NCBI GenBank assembly: GCA_030167865.1
Contig: JALAGF010004655.1
Span: 62,001 to 109,674, forward strand
From: Craspedostauros australis
Lineage: Eukaryota
Reading direction: 5' to 3'
DNA length: 47,674 nt
Below are positions 12,381-23,354 of the stretch, in pieces. The notes under the pieces were generated by a model, which had not been told where the DNA came from, did not search any database, and saw only the letters and a program-made list of their open reading frames with translations. The position numbers and the translations under genes are program-made. Numbering within the stretch: position 1 is the first letter of the stretch; the number at the start of each line of letters is the position of its first letter.

Positions 12381-13126
12381 GATGGCTGATGCTTGCCACG
12401 GAATGGACGTACTTGATTGGTTGCTCTCGCCAACTAAAAGTGGCGAGGAGGAAAGCAGTAGGCATGCTATCTCCAACATGATATAATAATATACTCTATA
12501 ATGCTATGCCATAGGTCGTGCCTCTTTCGCAACAGTATTGGCCGTGGAGATTGCTACTCCCGTCTGCTCAATGAGCACGATAGCTCGTCGGACTTCGTGG
12601 ACTCTCTCGTTGAATCTGGTGGTCGCGAAGATCCAGGCGGGAGAATGCCGGGTTCGCAAAATTGAAGAGAACACATTTAGTCCGACAAGTCGAAAACGAG
12701 AGCAGCAACATTAAAACGTATTCACATCTGAATATAATCCAATGATTTGTGACATGACGATGCACTTTTTCCCACCACAAATTTTGTCAAAGTAGGAGGA
12801 ATGGTGACGACGCCGTTTGTTCAATGTTTGTGTGTTGTTCACGAGAGAAAAGAGAACTGGGCACCTGCAATCGTGGTGCGTCAATGATGCTGCGGACAAT
12901 GGTGATGGGTGATGATGTCGACTCTTCACAAGAACGTGAGGAGAGGACTTGTGCACAGAGCAGAACACGCTCATGCTCCTCAAGTGAAGTGAAGTGAGGC
13001 AAGGCAGGCAATTCACACACTTGCAGGAAGGAGGCAGTACGAGCTGCTCATGGTATCATTAGAGTACATAGTATGAAATCAGCATTGTATTACATCAGCA
13101 TTGTATCATAATAGAAGAGATTGAAG

Positions 13127-14734
13127 ATGAGTGACATGTCGGAGGGAGACGCATCGAAGTGGGACGACTTCGTTCACTCTCTGAGCAGCATCGGTACGAC
13201 TTCCACCAAGAGCACAAGGACGGCAGGCAACCGCGAGGATCGTCTCACCAACATGACCATCATGCTCAATTCAGTCGCCAATTCAGGCGCCAAGTCAAAC
13301 AGCCATCAGAGCAGCAACATTGGCAATGGCAATGGCAATAGCAATGACGATGGCAATAGCAATGACAATGACAATGGCAATAGCAATGGCAATCACTTGC
13401 ATATGCACAGAGGCAGGCACCTCAATGCCGGCAATGCGGCGTACGGGAACAACCAGATCGCCATCTTCCAAGGCATTCCCAATCAGATGTACATGAGTCC
13501 CGATGTGCAGGTCGTATCGTCCTTCGCGGAGATGACAGACCTCACAGATCAGATCTCCACCATCGTCGAGGAGCAGGAAGAGAAGGATACGGAAAGGAAT
13601 CCACAACCGACGCACAGCACAGATGCTGACGCTGATGCAGACGTAGATGCAGACGCTGACGTTCACGCAACATCGGCGACATCAGCATTGGCAACGAACT
13701 CGTCAGAGAACAAGCCACAGCACGTCGTACCTGATGATCCGCAGCCTGAAAAGGAATGCGACGATGGACACAGTCACGGTTACAGTTACAGTTACGACTT
13801 TGATGAATTCGGAACGTGCGAGGATGTCTCATTGAGCTCCAGACATGACGACCACCTTGGCTGGGATGACAGCAGCGATCGCAATCTTGACACCATCAAC
13901 TTCAATGCTGTCAATGCTGACACCAACGAGTACGCTGACAGCGATGCTGACATCAACGATAGCGTTTGTCTTGGTGTGGAAGTGGAAGAGGAAAAAGATT
14001 ATGACAGCAGCAACGGATACATGGATGAGGCCTCTGTCGTGTTGCAGCTGCAGCAGATGTGCCGCGAGGCATCGTTTGATTCCACGGCGACGGGATCCTT
14101 CAAGAGCGCCAACCAGAGCCTTGAAGCGTCCGACACAGATCATTCTCGAGCATCTGACATTCATCATGGCGCATCATGGGACAACCACGCCGAGAATGAC
14201 TTCAACGGAGAGCAGGAACACAGTGAAAGGGGTGTCATCATGACGAAGCAGCAACACAAGCGGGAGCAACAAGGAGAGCACCACCATGTGCAATTCCTCT
14301 ACGACAACGTCAAAGGGTTTTGGGCATGGAGCAAGGAGCTTGCCGTCGTGGGCAGTGCCTTCGGAATAGCGGAAGGCGTGGTGCAGACGGCCCTGGGTGT
14401 GGTGGGCACGTCGTTGCAAGAAGTCGATTCCCACATCGTGCAACCGCACGTCGTGCGACCATTGGATGGGATGGCGACACCCGTTGTGGACGGCGTCGCG
14501 CAGGCGGTGTTGGGGACCACAAATCACGTCGTCCCGAACTTCGTCAAGGGCATCATCCAAAACCTTTTGGATGCTGTGGACCGCAAGCGCATCACCAGCA
14601 AAGCTGATCAAGGCAAGCCATTGCGACGGCAACACTCAACGGCCTCCGTGCGAAGCAGCAGCAGCAGCAGCGCATGCCGCGATGACAACTGGTCCTCGTC
14701 CGGTGTCCGCACGCCTCAATTGGTTGGAATATGA
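13127..14734 (+). CDS. Hypothetical protein: low-complexity acidic N-terminus plus C-terminal amphipathic helical domain
   Basis: 535-codon ORF from the first ATG, with N/G and D/A tracts. Ordered-looking segment LYDNVKGFWAWSKE...AFGIAEGVVQ...SLQEVDSHI...PVVDGVAQAVLG. True start uncertain. Confidence 0.65.
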   Translation: MSDMSEGDASKWDDFVHSLSSIGTTSTKSTRTAGNREDRLTNMTIMLNSVANSGAKSNSHQSSNIGNGNGNSNDDGNSNDNDNGNSNGNHLHMHRGRHLNAGNAAYGNNQIAIFQGIPNQMYMSPDVQVVSSFAEMTDLTDQISTIVEEQEEKDTERNPQPTHSTDADADADVDADADVHATSATSALATNSSENKPQHVVPDDPQPEKECDDGHSHGYSYSYDFDEFGTCEDVSLSSRHDDHLGWDDSSDRNLDTINFNAVNADTNEYADSDADINDSVCLGVEVEEEKDYDSSNGYMDEASVVLQLQQMCREASFDSTATGSFKSANQSLEASDTDHSRASDIHHGASWDNHAENDFNGEQEHSERGVIMTKQQHKREQQGEHHHVQFLYDNVKGFWAWSKELAVVGSAFGIAEGVVQTALGVVGTSLQEVDSHIVQPHVVRPLDGMATPVVDGVAQAVLGTTNHVVPNFVKGIIQNLLDAVDRKRITSKADQGKPLRRQHSTASVRSSSSSSACRDDNWSSSGVRTPQLVGI

Positions 14735-15238
14735 GGATCGTCGCTGGTTGTTACATACAATACACTACACAGTCGTAATGCAATGTATTAGTTCCATTCG
14801 ACAATTATCATTGACAGAGGCCGAATCTATTACACAATCGTGCGTGTGATGCATACGAGCTACAGCCACATTCATGCACAGCAGCCCTCATCCTTCATCT
14901 TTGCTGCCGCGTTGACAGATGTAGACAGGCCCAGGCAGGATCCCGTTGACACCACATGGGCACATGTGGAACGCCGGGATGATCATTTGATAGCGCGGAG
15001 ACGTACCACGGGAGACGTCCTTTTGTTCATTGCGTCCTTGCAGTAGCATAGCATTGCACTTGTGTTCCACGATGAAAACAATCGAAACACATGTTGTCGA
15101 GAGTGTAACAGAGTCCTGTTGCAGAGCATGCACTCGTGGATCGCAATGACGAAGGAGACACATCTTGATCATTAGGCTTCCAAAGCTGATCTCATTGGTC
15201 GCACATATCTTACGTTTGTACTCGTAGAATGTCTAAAT

Positions 15239-16744
15239 TTACACCTTCACTTTCGAGAAGGATGATGTCTCCTGAAGCGTCTCTGATTGCCTCGACCTTC
15301 TCGATTCGTCATCCTCAGAGGATTGTGCTGCACCACCTGAAGTCGTCATGTGGTATGCCACGCCGTTAACATGCAGCAATCCCAGGACTGCGACGACCCT
15401 ACCCGGCACTCCATCATTCTGCTGCACGACATGACGGCACGTCGCGCGGATGCCGTCCGACAGAATCATATCACGTTCCAGCAGCACGACGCGCGCAGCT
15501 GGCAGGGCGATGAAGAAGTAGTTGCACAGCACGATCATGAGGCTCGCCAGGATGTGCGGCAGCCTGTCGTGCTCTTGCTGCGGTATGGAGGCGGCATCCG
15601 TCGGCAACACGACCAGCGAAGGATCCAGGAGATTGGCGGACACCAATGATAACAGCGCTGCGTTGACGGCCATGATACCCACGTTGAAGACGACGAGAGG
15701 TGGCACCATCAATCGCAGCAAGTCTTTGACGGCGGATGGATTCCGAAACAGAACCTGCGAGATCTGGACCTGCGGAAGATCCATGCTGCCGTCGGAAGCT
15801 GTCGATGATGACGACGACGTTGATGCGCCGTTGATGGCTCGACTCAACCCTCCTGCATCCTGTATAATGCGCTGCCACTTGCGCTGCACCGGATTGGCTT
15901 TGGGATGATGCATGCTGCTGCTGCTGCCGCCGTCGGATAGGGTGTTGGCGTCGTCGTAATGGGTGCCCATGATCATGCTCCATGCCACGAAGGGCAGCTC
16001 TCCCATGCGCTGCAAGGTGTCATCGACGGATTGATCGACGCAGAAGAGATCGCAATCAGGGTTGTTGCGCGTGGCCTGCAATGCCGTTGTGAATTCCAAT
16101 CCAGGCGTGAATCCGCTCAGCAATGTTTGCAAGCCGCTCACGCCACCCACAACGGCCGTGGCGATGGCCGTTCCCATTCCGCGACGTTGGGCAGTCTGCT
16201 GCACCATCTGGACGTAGCCGTTCCACCAAGTTGGCTGTTCCTTTTCATTTTCCTTTTCCTGTTCTTGCCGTTGCTGTTCGAGCTGTTCGTTGTTGAGCAA
16301 GTCCGTGAATCGTTTGGCGCACAGTTCGACCGCAACCGCCTTCGTCTCAGGCGTGATCATGCGCTCGACGTCCTGAGAAGAAGAAACCGTTCCGTGGAAG
16401 CATCCGACCAATACAACCTCGCAGCCTGTTTCCGGATCAATGAATTCGACACAGGAGGCAAGCTTTTCCGCGTCCTTGCCATTGTGTTTGCCATCATCGT
16501 TGCTGGTATGCTTCAGAATGTCGCCTTTGCCTGCCCTTAGCTCTGCCTCCGCATTGTTAGACGTCACGAACAGCTGAGATCGGTTTGATTCGAAATCGAA
16601 CGCGGATGATGACACGGTTCCACGATATCTGCTTCCCAAGGGGATGTGCCGATTGAGGAAGGCATGGCTGTTCTGCATCGCGAACGACGCAATCGCCAGC
16701 AGCAGCAGCAGCACTGCCTTCACTTGAGGAAGCGGCATCTTCAT
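15239..16744 (-). CDS. TraB/PrgY (TIKI/GumN-like) family protein, probably plastid-targeted
   Basis: Signal peptide ending SHA-F. Motifs VVLVGCFHG...SSQDV, AVAVELC..R, PGLEF..A, LERDMIL and VVAVLGLLHVNGV, plus two hydrophobic segments. Confidence 0.8.
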   Translation of the reverse strand: MKMPLPQVKAVLLLLLAIASFAMQNSHAFLNRHIPLGSRYRGTVSSSAFDFESNRSQLFVTSNNAEAELRAGKGDILKHTSNDDGKHNGKDAEKLASCVEFIDPETGCEVVLVGCFHGTVSSSQDVERMITPETKAVAVELCAKRFTDLLNNEQLEQQRQEQEKENEKEQPTWWNGYVQMVQQTAQRRGMGTAIATAVVGGVSGLQTLLSGFTPGLEFTTALQATRNNPDCDLFCVDQSVDDTLQRMGELPFVAWSMIMGTHYDDANTLSDGGSSSSMHHPKANPVQRKWQRIIQDAGGLSRAINGASTSSSSSTASDGSMDLPQVQISQVLFRNPSAVKDLLRLMVPPLVVFNVGIMAVNAALLSLVSANLLDPSLVVLPTDAASIPQQEHDRLPHILASLMIVLCNYFFIALPAARVVLLERDMILSDGIRATCRHVVQQNDGVPGRVVAVLGLLHVNGVAYHMTTSGGAAQSSEDDESRRSRQSETLQETSSFSKVKV

Positions 16745-17788
16745 CAGTCTGCGAAAGAAAGACAGAGAAAACGAAAGAACCGACGAATGCAGCGCTTCTT
16801 GTGCGGATAGATTCTGGCTTCCTGCCTCTCTGTCTCTTGCTCTGTTGCTGCTTGGTGGATTTGAGCGTACGGGAGGTCAAGTGCACGTGTATGGCGTTGA
16901 GTGTGGTCGGATTATGACGCTGCCCTGCCGCCTCCTCGTGTCTCTTGCATACAAGCAGGTCCCGCTCCTGGAGGAAGCTTGCGAGGATCCGTCTGTCTTG
17001 CCTTCCATGAGCGGCGGTCTTGGTGGTTTGACATCATCGTGGTTGGCATCTTCTGAGGTGTTTTTCGATCCAAGTTTGGATTTGAAGGTTGTCGCCGATG
17101 ACGTCATGTTTGACAGAAGCGAGTTCTTGTCGTTCCGTGTTCTCACTATCATTTTGTCTGTGAATCCTTGCATGGATGTGTAGAGTACTTCCGAGATCTC
17201 GTTTCTCACTTTTGTGTCTGTTCAAAACGATCACCACACCCATTCCATCTGGTCGAAACTAGAAAGACACAAAGTCGGGTGGAGACCGACACACGACAGA
17301 CAGAAACGGCGGAAAAACGAAAAAGGAGTGAATCCCCGCGCTGTGACACAAGAACAAGGAAGGATCACGTTCAGTGACGTGCACAAAGGCAGAAGGGCTC
17401 AACAAAACAGAACCGAGAACAACGGGGACGGCCGTGTGCGCGCTCTCCCAGTCAACGCTCCGAAAGCCACTGCGCTCGTGATCGCATGTGCGTATGACAC
17501 ACAACCAACTTTGCCGTCGGAGGATCGACACCATCACTGTTGCGATCGTCATTGCCACCGCTACCATCATTACCATCACTGTCCCAATAACGACAAAGAA
17601 GCCAGCATCATCGGTCAAGAAGCAGCGACAACGCCCAACGCTCAACAGACAGCGCATGAGATAGCGGATAGCACAGAGTGGGTACTAATACGGCTATTCG
17701 CATAGGAAGCAAAGATCGCAAGGAAACGAAAGGTGCAAGGAAGAAGCAACACACGTGCACAGCCCTCTCCTCAGCTGCTCTGCTCTGC

Positions 17789-17887
17789 ATGCTTGAGTTC
17801 CTGTACATCACGGGCAGCAAGGACATCAAAGACATCAAGGGCATCGCCAGCTTCGACAGCAGCAACAAGTTCGTGGAATACAAATGA
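17789..17887 (+). CDS. Candidate 32-aa small ORF/uORF MLEFLYITGSKDIKDIKGIASFDSSNKFVEYK
   Basis: ATG...TGA. 27 of the 31 codons after ATG end in G/C, like well-expressed genes here. It ends 142 nt upstream of the next gene's ATG, in a different frame. Confidence 0.4.
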   Translation: MLEFLYITGSKDIKDIKGIASFDSSNKFVEYK

Positions 17888-18029
17888 AACCTTGGGTCGC
17901 ATCCGCATCACAGCACTTCACGATAACGACGAAGGCAAAGACGGCGACGACGACAGCAACTCATTGATCAGAAGACGGGATAGGGCAGCATTGGACAGGA
18001 TAGACCAATCAATTCGAGGAGAGCCGACG

Positions 18030-20285
18030 ATGGCGTCCGATGATCAGAGCCAGGACCTGAAGGAAGGCAGCAGTCGGGAAGAATCGGGGCCTGTGAATCA
18101 ACATGCTGAGTCTGCTGCTGCCGCTGCCGCTGATGCCACTGCTTCCGCCACCACTAATCCGCTGGCCGCCACACTGCCACCCCTGATTCCGCCCAAACGA
18201 CATGATGATCCCATTCCGGCACGATCTCCCCTGAGACCCAGAAACATCGTTGACACCATACCCACCCCCGCAGTGCGAGCAGTTTCTCTCACCCAGCAGC
18301 AAATCCAGCAGGCAGAGGAAGAGAGGAGACATGATGGGTCGTCCGGTAACATTGGCAACACTGGCAACGACGGCTCTGGCACTAACACGAATGACGATTC
18401 CAACGACAACACAGGCAGCAGCGGCAGCAACAGTAGTCCTGGCGATAAAGGGGAGAAAAGGCCAAAGCAGAATTACTTTCGTGCCGTTCCTCACCCGAAG
18501 AGTCAAAGGAAAGCCCCCGTGTCCGTATCATTATCGAAGGCCAACGGAAAGCCGCTCAAGAGCTGTTTGAAGCAGACGATACCACCGCAGACATTCGCAT
18601 CCACTTTCTCGACAACCCTAACGACAGACTTATCCCAACCACCGACATCGCCGCAGGCCAAGGTGGCTACCTTCTCATCTGCAGGCGGGAACGCAAACAT
18701 TCACGTGCCTGCGCCTTGCAAACAGCCGCCCGTTCAACACCAGTTGGGAAGGAGGCATTCGCAGCCGCACGTCTCCGTCTCCACGCCTGCATCGGCTTCA
18801 TCTGCTCAATTCGGATCACCGCCTCAACCGCAAAGGACCCCGCACAACGTCGCTGCTCCTGGCGGAAGGGCCATCATCAGTCCTTTGGGCCGCATGGGCT
18901 TGTCACCGAGACGGCGAGGTAAGAGATCGGTGCGATTTGCGCCGAAAATATACGTCCGCCCCACAATACACGTTGCGGACATGCCAAACGCTCTGCTGGA
19001 TATTGTCTGGTATTCAAGCTCGGAGTTCCGCGCCATGAAGAACGAGGTCCAACGCACCGCGCAGGCCATCATGAGCGGCCGCGACTTGTATCAGGAGGAG
19101 CAGGACTTTTACAGGCAGAAGTACCAATACCAAACTCAGAATCAACGCAAACAGCAAAAGAAAGCTAGCCGAGGGAACAGCAAGCGGAGGTCGTCTACTG
19201 CATCGGCAACGTCGTCATCCTCTTCATCAGCATCATCGACATCATCCGCAGGAAGATCACGCATGCTGGAGGATGATAGTGACACCGACGATGACATCGC
19301 GGAGGACGAGAAGGCCGATCAATTCGACACAATGCAGCTCTACGATCGAGAAATGGACCTCCTCTGCTCCAGAGGCTGCGAGTCCAAGACGAAGGAGGGG
19401 AGCCGATGGAGATCACAGCACAAGCTGGCAGCGTGGATCGCCGTCCTCGACGAGCAGGACCGACAGTACGACCTCGGCATTTACTGCGATTGGCACCAGC
19501 TATCCTACGAATACCAGATGGTCACACGTCCGTGCACCAACCGCGCATGGATACAGGGGATGAAGGATCAGCAGGAAATTGACGAATTTCTGCAGGATGC
19601 TCGTGATGCGTGGTACGGATGCGGCGCTGACGATGGCAGGGACGACCACGACGGGAATGGCGCGTATGCCAACGGCGCTGCACATGATGACAATCATCAT
19701 GCGAGCACTTCGCAAAATGGGGACGGAACGAATCATGCCGGCAATGGGAACAACAAATGGGACAACGGGAGCAGTCAGGGACAATCTCATCGAGCTATCC
19801 ACGCGAACTTATCGAGCGTCGACGCGTCACAGGATGATCTGAATCAATCGCTGAGGTCCATTAGCCTGGGGAATGAACAGCAGCAACACGAAACGCCGCC
19901 AGAGGTAGACATGACGGAGACATCTTCAACCGCGCCTGCCGTTGATGTTGATGTTGACATGGATGACAACGCGGCATCTGAGGCTACCGAAGGGGCACCG
20001 ATAGAACCCATCACACGATCACCCGGCACATCGGCGACGGTCACGGCAACAGCAATGCAGTTGGGTCCGATGGTCGTGGAAGGAAATACAGCAACGCCGC
20101 TGATGCCGCTGATGATGACACCGGCGCTAAAACTCGCGACGCAGAACCATGGAAATCCTGTCATGGATGCTGATTCGTTGCCACTGCCGCTGTCATCAAC
20201 AGGAGCAGAAGACGCGGCGGCGGCAACGGTTGCACAGCCGCGTGACAGTGAAGACCAATCCCAGATGAAGGCAAGGGTGGCATAA
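18030..20285 (+). CDS. Diatom-type low-complexity protein with SVRF...WY...RGxE...VLDEQ domain, ~751 aa
   Basis: First ATG at 18030 within the 850-codon ORF. Ordered core KRSVRFAPKIYVRPTIH...WYSSSEFRAMK...CSRGCE...AVLDEQDRQ resembles a family expanded in diatoms. Confidence 0.75.
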   Translation: MASDDQSQDLKEGSSREESGPVNQHAESAAAAAADATASATTNPLAATLPPLIPPKRHDDPIPARSPLRPRNIVDTIPTPAVRAVSLTQQQIQQAEEERRHDGSSGNIGNTGNDGSGTNTNDDSNDNTGSSGSNSSPGDKGEKRPKQNYFRAVPHPKSQRKAPVSVSLSKANGKPLKSCLKQTIPPQTFASTFSTTLTTDLSQPPTSPQAKVATFSSAGGNANIHVPAPCKQPPVQHQLGRRHSQPHVSVSTPASASSAQFGSPPQPQRTPHNVAAPGGRAIISPLGRMGLSPRRRGKRSVRFAPKIYVRPTIHVADMPNALLDIVWYSSSEFRAMKNEVQRTAQAIMSGRDLYQEEQDFYRQKYQYQTQNQRKQQKKASRGNSKRRSSTASATSSSSSSASSTSSAGRSRMLEDDSDTDDDIAEDEKADQFDTMQLYDREMDLLCSRGCESKTKEGSRWRSQHKLAAWIAVLDEQDRQYDLGIYCDWHQLSYEYQMVTRPCTNRAWIQGMKDQQEIDEFLQDARDAWYGCGADDGRDDHDGNGAYANGAAHDDNHHASTSQNGDGTNHAGNGNNKWDNGSSQGQSHRAIHANLSSVDASQDDLNQSLRSISLGNEQQQHETPPEVDMTETSSTAPAVDVDVDMDDNAASEATEGAPIEPITRSPGTSATVTATAMQLGPMVVEGNTATPLMPLMMTPALKLATQNHGNPVMDADSLPLPLSSTGAEDAAAATVAQPRDSEDQSQMKARVA

Positions 20286-21249
20286 TGGCGAACAACGCAA
20301 CGCAACACAATACAATGTCCCACGTTATCACAATAAAGCAGCGTCGAGTCGAAGATCATCGTCGGATCACAACCACAACCAAGCCGTGGGAAAAGGACAG
20401 TTTTGAGGGGGACGGCACCTTGCAACAATTGGAGAGTGAGCACAACACTGCACCATACGGGCACGGATGCGGATACGGATACCGCGCTCTGCTACCTCGT
20501 ATCATCCATCGCGATTGTACGTAATCACAGGCACAACTGCTGACGCCATGTAGCACCTGTATGTACTCGCAACTTGTAGATTTGGATGCATCATTTCTGC
20601 GACACATCACGAACAGGCGTTCCTTGCGATGCTCTTGCGAAGTTGAGCATAGTATTAGTGAACGATAATCGTACATGAGAGTACCCAGGCGATAGTTCAA
20701 ACACCACAGTGAGAGTATCACATGTTGACATGCTCCAAGCGCGTGGGCAGAACACCCATGGCATGAACCAACTCGCGGTGACAGCGGCGTCGCTTGTTGG
20801 ATGACGCATGGCCTTGGCGATGAACATCCAAGAACTTCCACGACGTAGGTAGATTCGGATTTGCGCCCTGACAAACATTCCGGAAACTTCCAAAGAACAC
20901 CCAAACGTCTTTCGCGCCAAGTTATTGCACACGAACACACGCAAGAGCTGTGGACGAGTGCCAACAAATCAAGAGGGGGAGATGGGCATGGCCACGTTGG
21001 AGCGGCGGTTATGGCACCGTTCGCCTTGCTCACTGACGTGACCGACCACCATCGGCATCACCATTGCCGATCTCAGGAACACGAGCAGCGACGACTTGAC
21101 GATGAGGGTTGCTTCCGAGGCACCCTGCGAGTACACGGACGGCTACATGTAGCAGTGGACACACAATTCAAGCAAGTTGCCGAAGCACAACCACAAGCTC
21201 GCTCGAAAAAGAACGAAGACTCCACGAGTCCTCTACCATACACAACACG

Positions 21250-21906
21250 ATGCTTCAGTCTTGGCTCGCACCGAACATGAGAGCACCGCAAGGTGGATTG
21301 ATTGGATGGTTTGCACAGAATCTGATGGTCAAGTTCAACTCCATCTCCTCCATTGAGATCATCAATCGGCTTCAGCTCGACACGCTCGGCGACGGCGATT
21401 CTTCCCTTTCGGTCGTCGAATTGGGACCCGGCAACGGCTTTTCCATGACCGAGCTCATTGCCAGCAAGAAATGCAAGACCATCCACGGTGTTGAGATCTC
21501 CCAGCGGTTCCGTGACTTGCTCGGTGACAAGTTCAAGGCCGACATCGACTCGGGACTGCTCTCCATCCACGACAACGACGCCAAGGACCTGAGCTTCCTG
21601 GAGGATTCTTCCATCGACGCCATCTACGCGCTCAACGTCATCTACTTCCTCAATCCGCTCGAGGAGTACCTCACCGAATTGCGCCGGGTTTGCAAGCCAG
21701 ATGCCAAGGTCATCTTCGGTGTTTGCGACACCGTCAAGAGAAACGATGAAGTTGTCTTCGTCAACCAGGATTGGGATGTTTGCATGGACAAGATGAAGGA
21801 TGCCGGATTTTCGAACGTGGAGATTTCCGAGGAGATCGCGTGCGGAGACATGAACTTCTACTTCATCTCCAGCCTCGCTGGTAAAACTGGCAACACAATG
21901 AACTGA
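21250..21906 (+). CDS. Class I SAM-dependent methyltransferase (Methyltransf_11/25-like), 218 aa
   Basis: Motifs VVELGPGNG, IHGVEIS, DSSIDAIYALNVIYF and ELRRVCKPDA. Strong GC3 bias from ATG 21250. Confidence 0.85.
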   Translation: MLQSWLAPNMRAPQGGLIGWFAQNLMVKFNSISSIEIINRLQLDTLGDGDSSLSVVELGPGNGFSMTELIASKKCKTIHGVEISQRFRDLLGDKFKADIDSGLLSIHDNDAKDLSFLEDSSIDAIYALNVIYFLNPLEEYLTELRRVCKPDAKVIFGVCDTVKRNDEVVFVNQDWDVCMDKMKDAGFSNVEISEEIACGDMNFYFISSLAGKTGNTMN

Positions 21907-23354
21907 AGAAGAAGGGGAGATGATGTGGAATCGCCATGAATCCATCATGATCATGTTGCGGCACCTTCCCAGATCGAGTGAAGCGACGAAATGACTCAGG
22001 CTGAATTGGATGGGTATGTTCGTCGCGTGGAAAGGGGCAGATGGATGTGATGAAAGGCAACGCAACGCTCGCAATGGAATGCTAAATGTTAAGTGTTAGC
22101 TTCTGCTCCAATTTCATTGACAATACCTGCAGACATGAGCAGACAGAGAGAGCCACGTGCCGTGTTGGCAAATGTTCTTTGCGATTTACGCACGATTGTT
22201 CCTGATCTCTACCTTCGTATGACTAAGCCGACGCACATATGAATACGTGCGTGACAACGTGAGGAGTTGCCACGCCGGCTTGCCTGGAGGGAGCTGTCCG
22301 AAGCGAGACCACGCGTTCGCTTCCACTTTCGCTTTGTTCTCTTGTTGGCGGTGTTGGTCGTGTCTTCCATGTGAGGGATGCACAACACTCTCCCCCGAGG
22401 CGAATCCAAACATCAACACTCAAGGGGCGGTTCTTGTTGCGGTTCTGGTTGGCGGCAAAATCTTGCGATTCGGTTGCCGCTTGACATCGCGACGCCCACC
22501 ACGAGAGACTGCAGCCATCACACAGAAATCACAATAGATTCGGGTGTCGCTCCTCTCTCCGACATGACAACCACATGCGGAGAGGGTACAAAGGGAACGT
22601 CTGGAAGTCTCTTTTGTTCGACCCCTTCACAAAGACGTATTCCAAGTCTTGCTTGTCCACCCCAAGTTTGTTCCAACGAACAGCTTTCGACCCATCAAGC
22701 AAGGCAGAGTGATTTTGCTTTTGTTCGCAAGTTCGGTTGTGACAGGGGGTTGGAGGAGAAAGGCTTCTGGAGAGAGGCGAGACCATCCATCGCAACGACA
22801 TCTTGGGCACTCCGGATCCACTCCAAACCATGAGATCAATTCGAGGTGGCTGCATGCCGCAATATCACCTCTCCACACGGTACCCTGCCAAACATCAACG
22901 ATGCGCAGCTGCAAGAAAGTTGGTCTCGGCTTCCTGTTCGAAGCGCATTGGACTGGCTTGAGGTACCACGGAACGTCGAGGATCAACAACCTGAGAATTC
23001 TCCAATTCATGCTCCCTTCGCTACTTGGCCATCGACACTCAATCGTATCAAGTCTCTCGAAGATCGCGCCCCTCGGCAACGATCTTGAGAGTGAGTGTTG
23101 GCATTGCTGTACGCAACACGGACTTTGTGGTTGCGATTGCGGTGTCAGCCCTCATTTTCTACGTTCATTGAGTGATCCGTCCGCTCAGGCTTCCGGTTCA
23201 CCCATCCAATCCTGCTCATTCAGCTGTCCTCATAATACGATTTCAATCTCAATTGAAAACCAAAGCAACGAAGTGAACTGCTCCTCCTCCGCAGATACCC
23301 ACCATCACCAACACCGACACACGCCCAAACAACTATCACACAAAACCAACGAAG

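Noticed and set aside
21904-22020. Selenocysteine readthrough of the methyltransferase TGA
   Set aside because: The domain is already complete before the TGA, and I saw no convincing SECIS stem-loop.
21073-22074. 333-aa minus-strand ORF, and similar long antisense ORFs (24519..25496, 1021..1788, 36045..36719)
   Set aside because: Antisense shadows of GC3-biased real genes; no motifs of their own.
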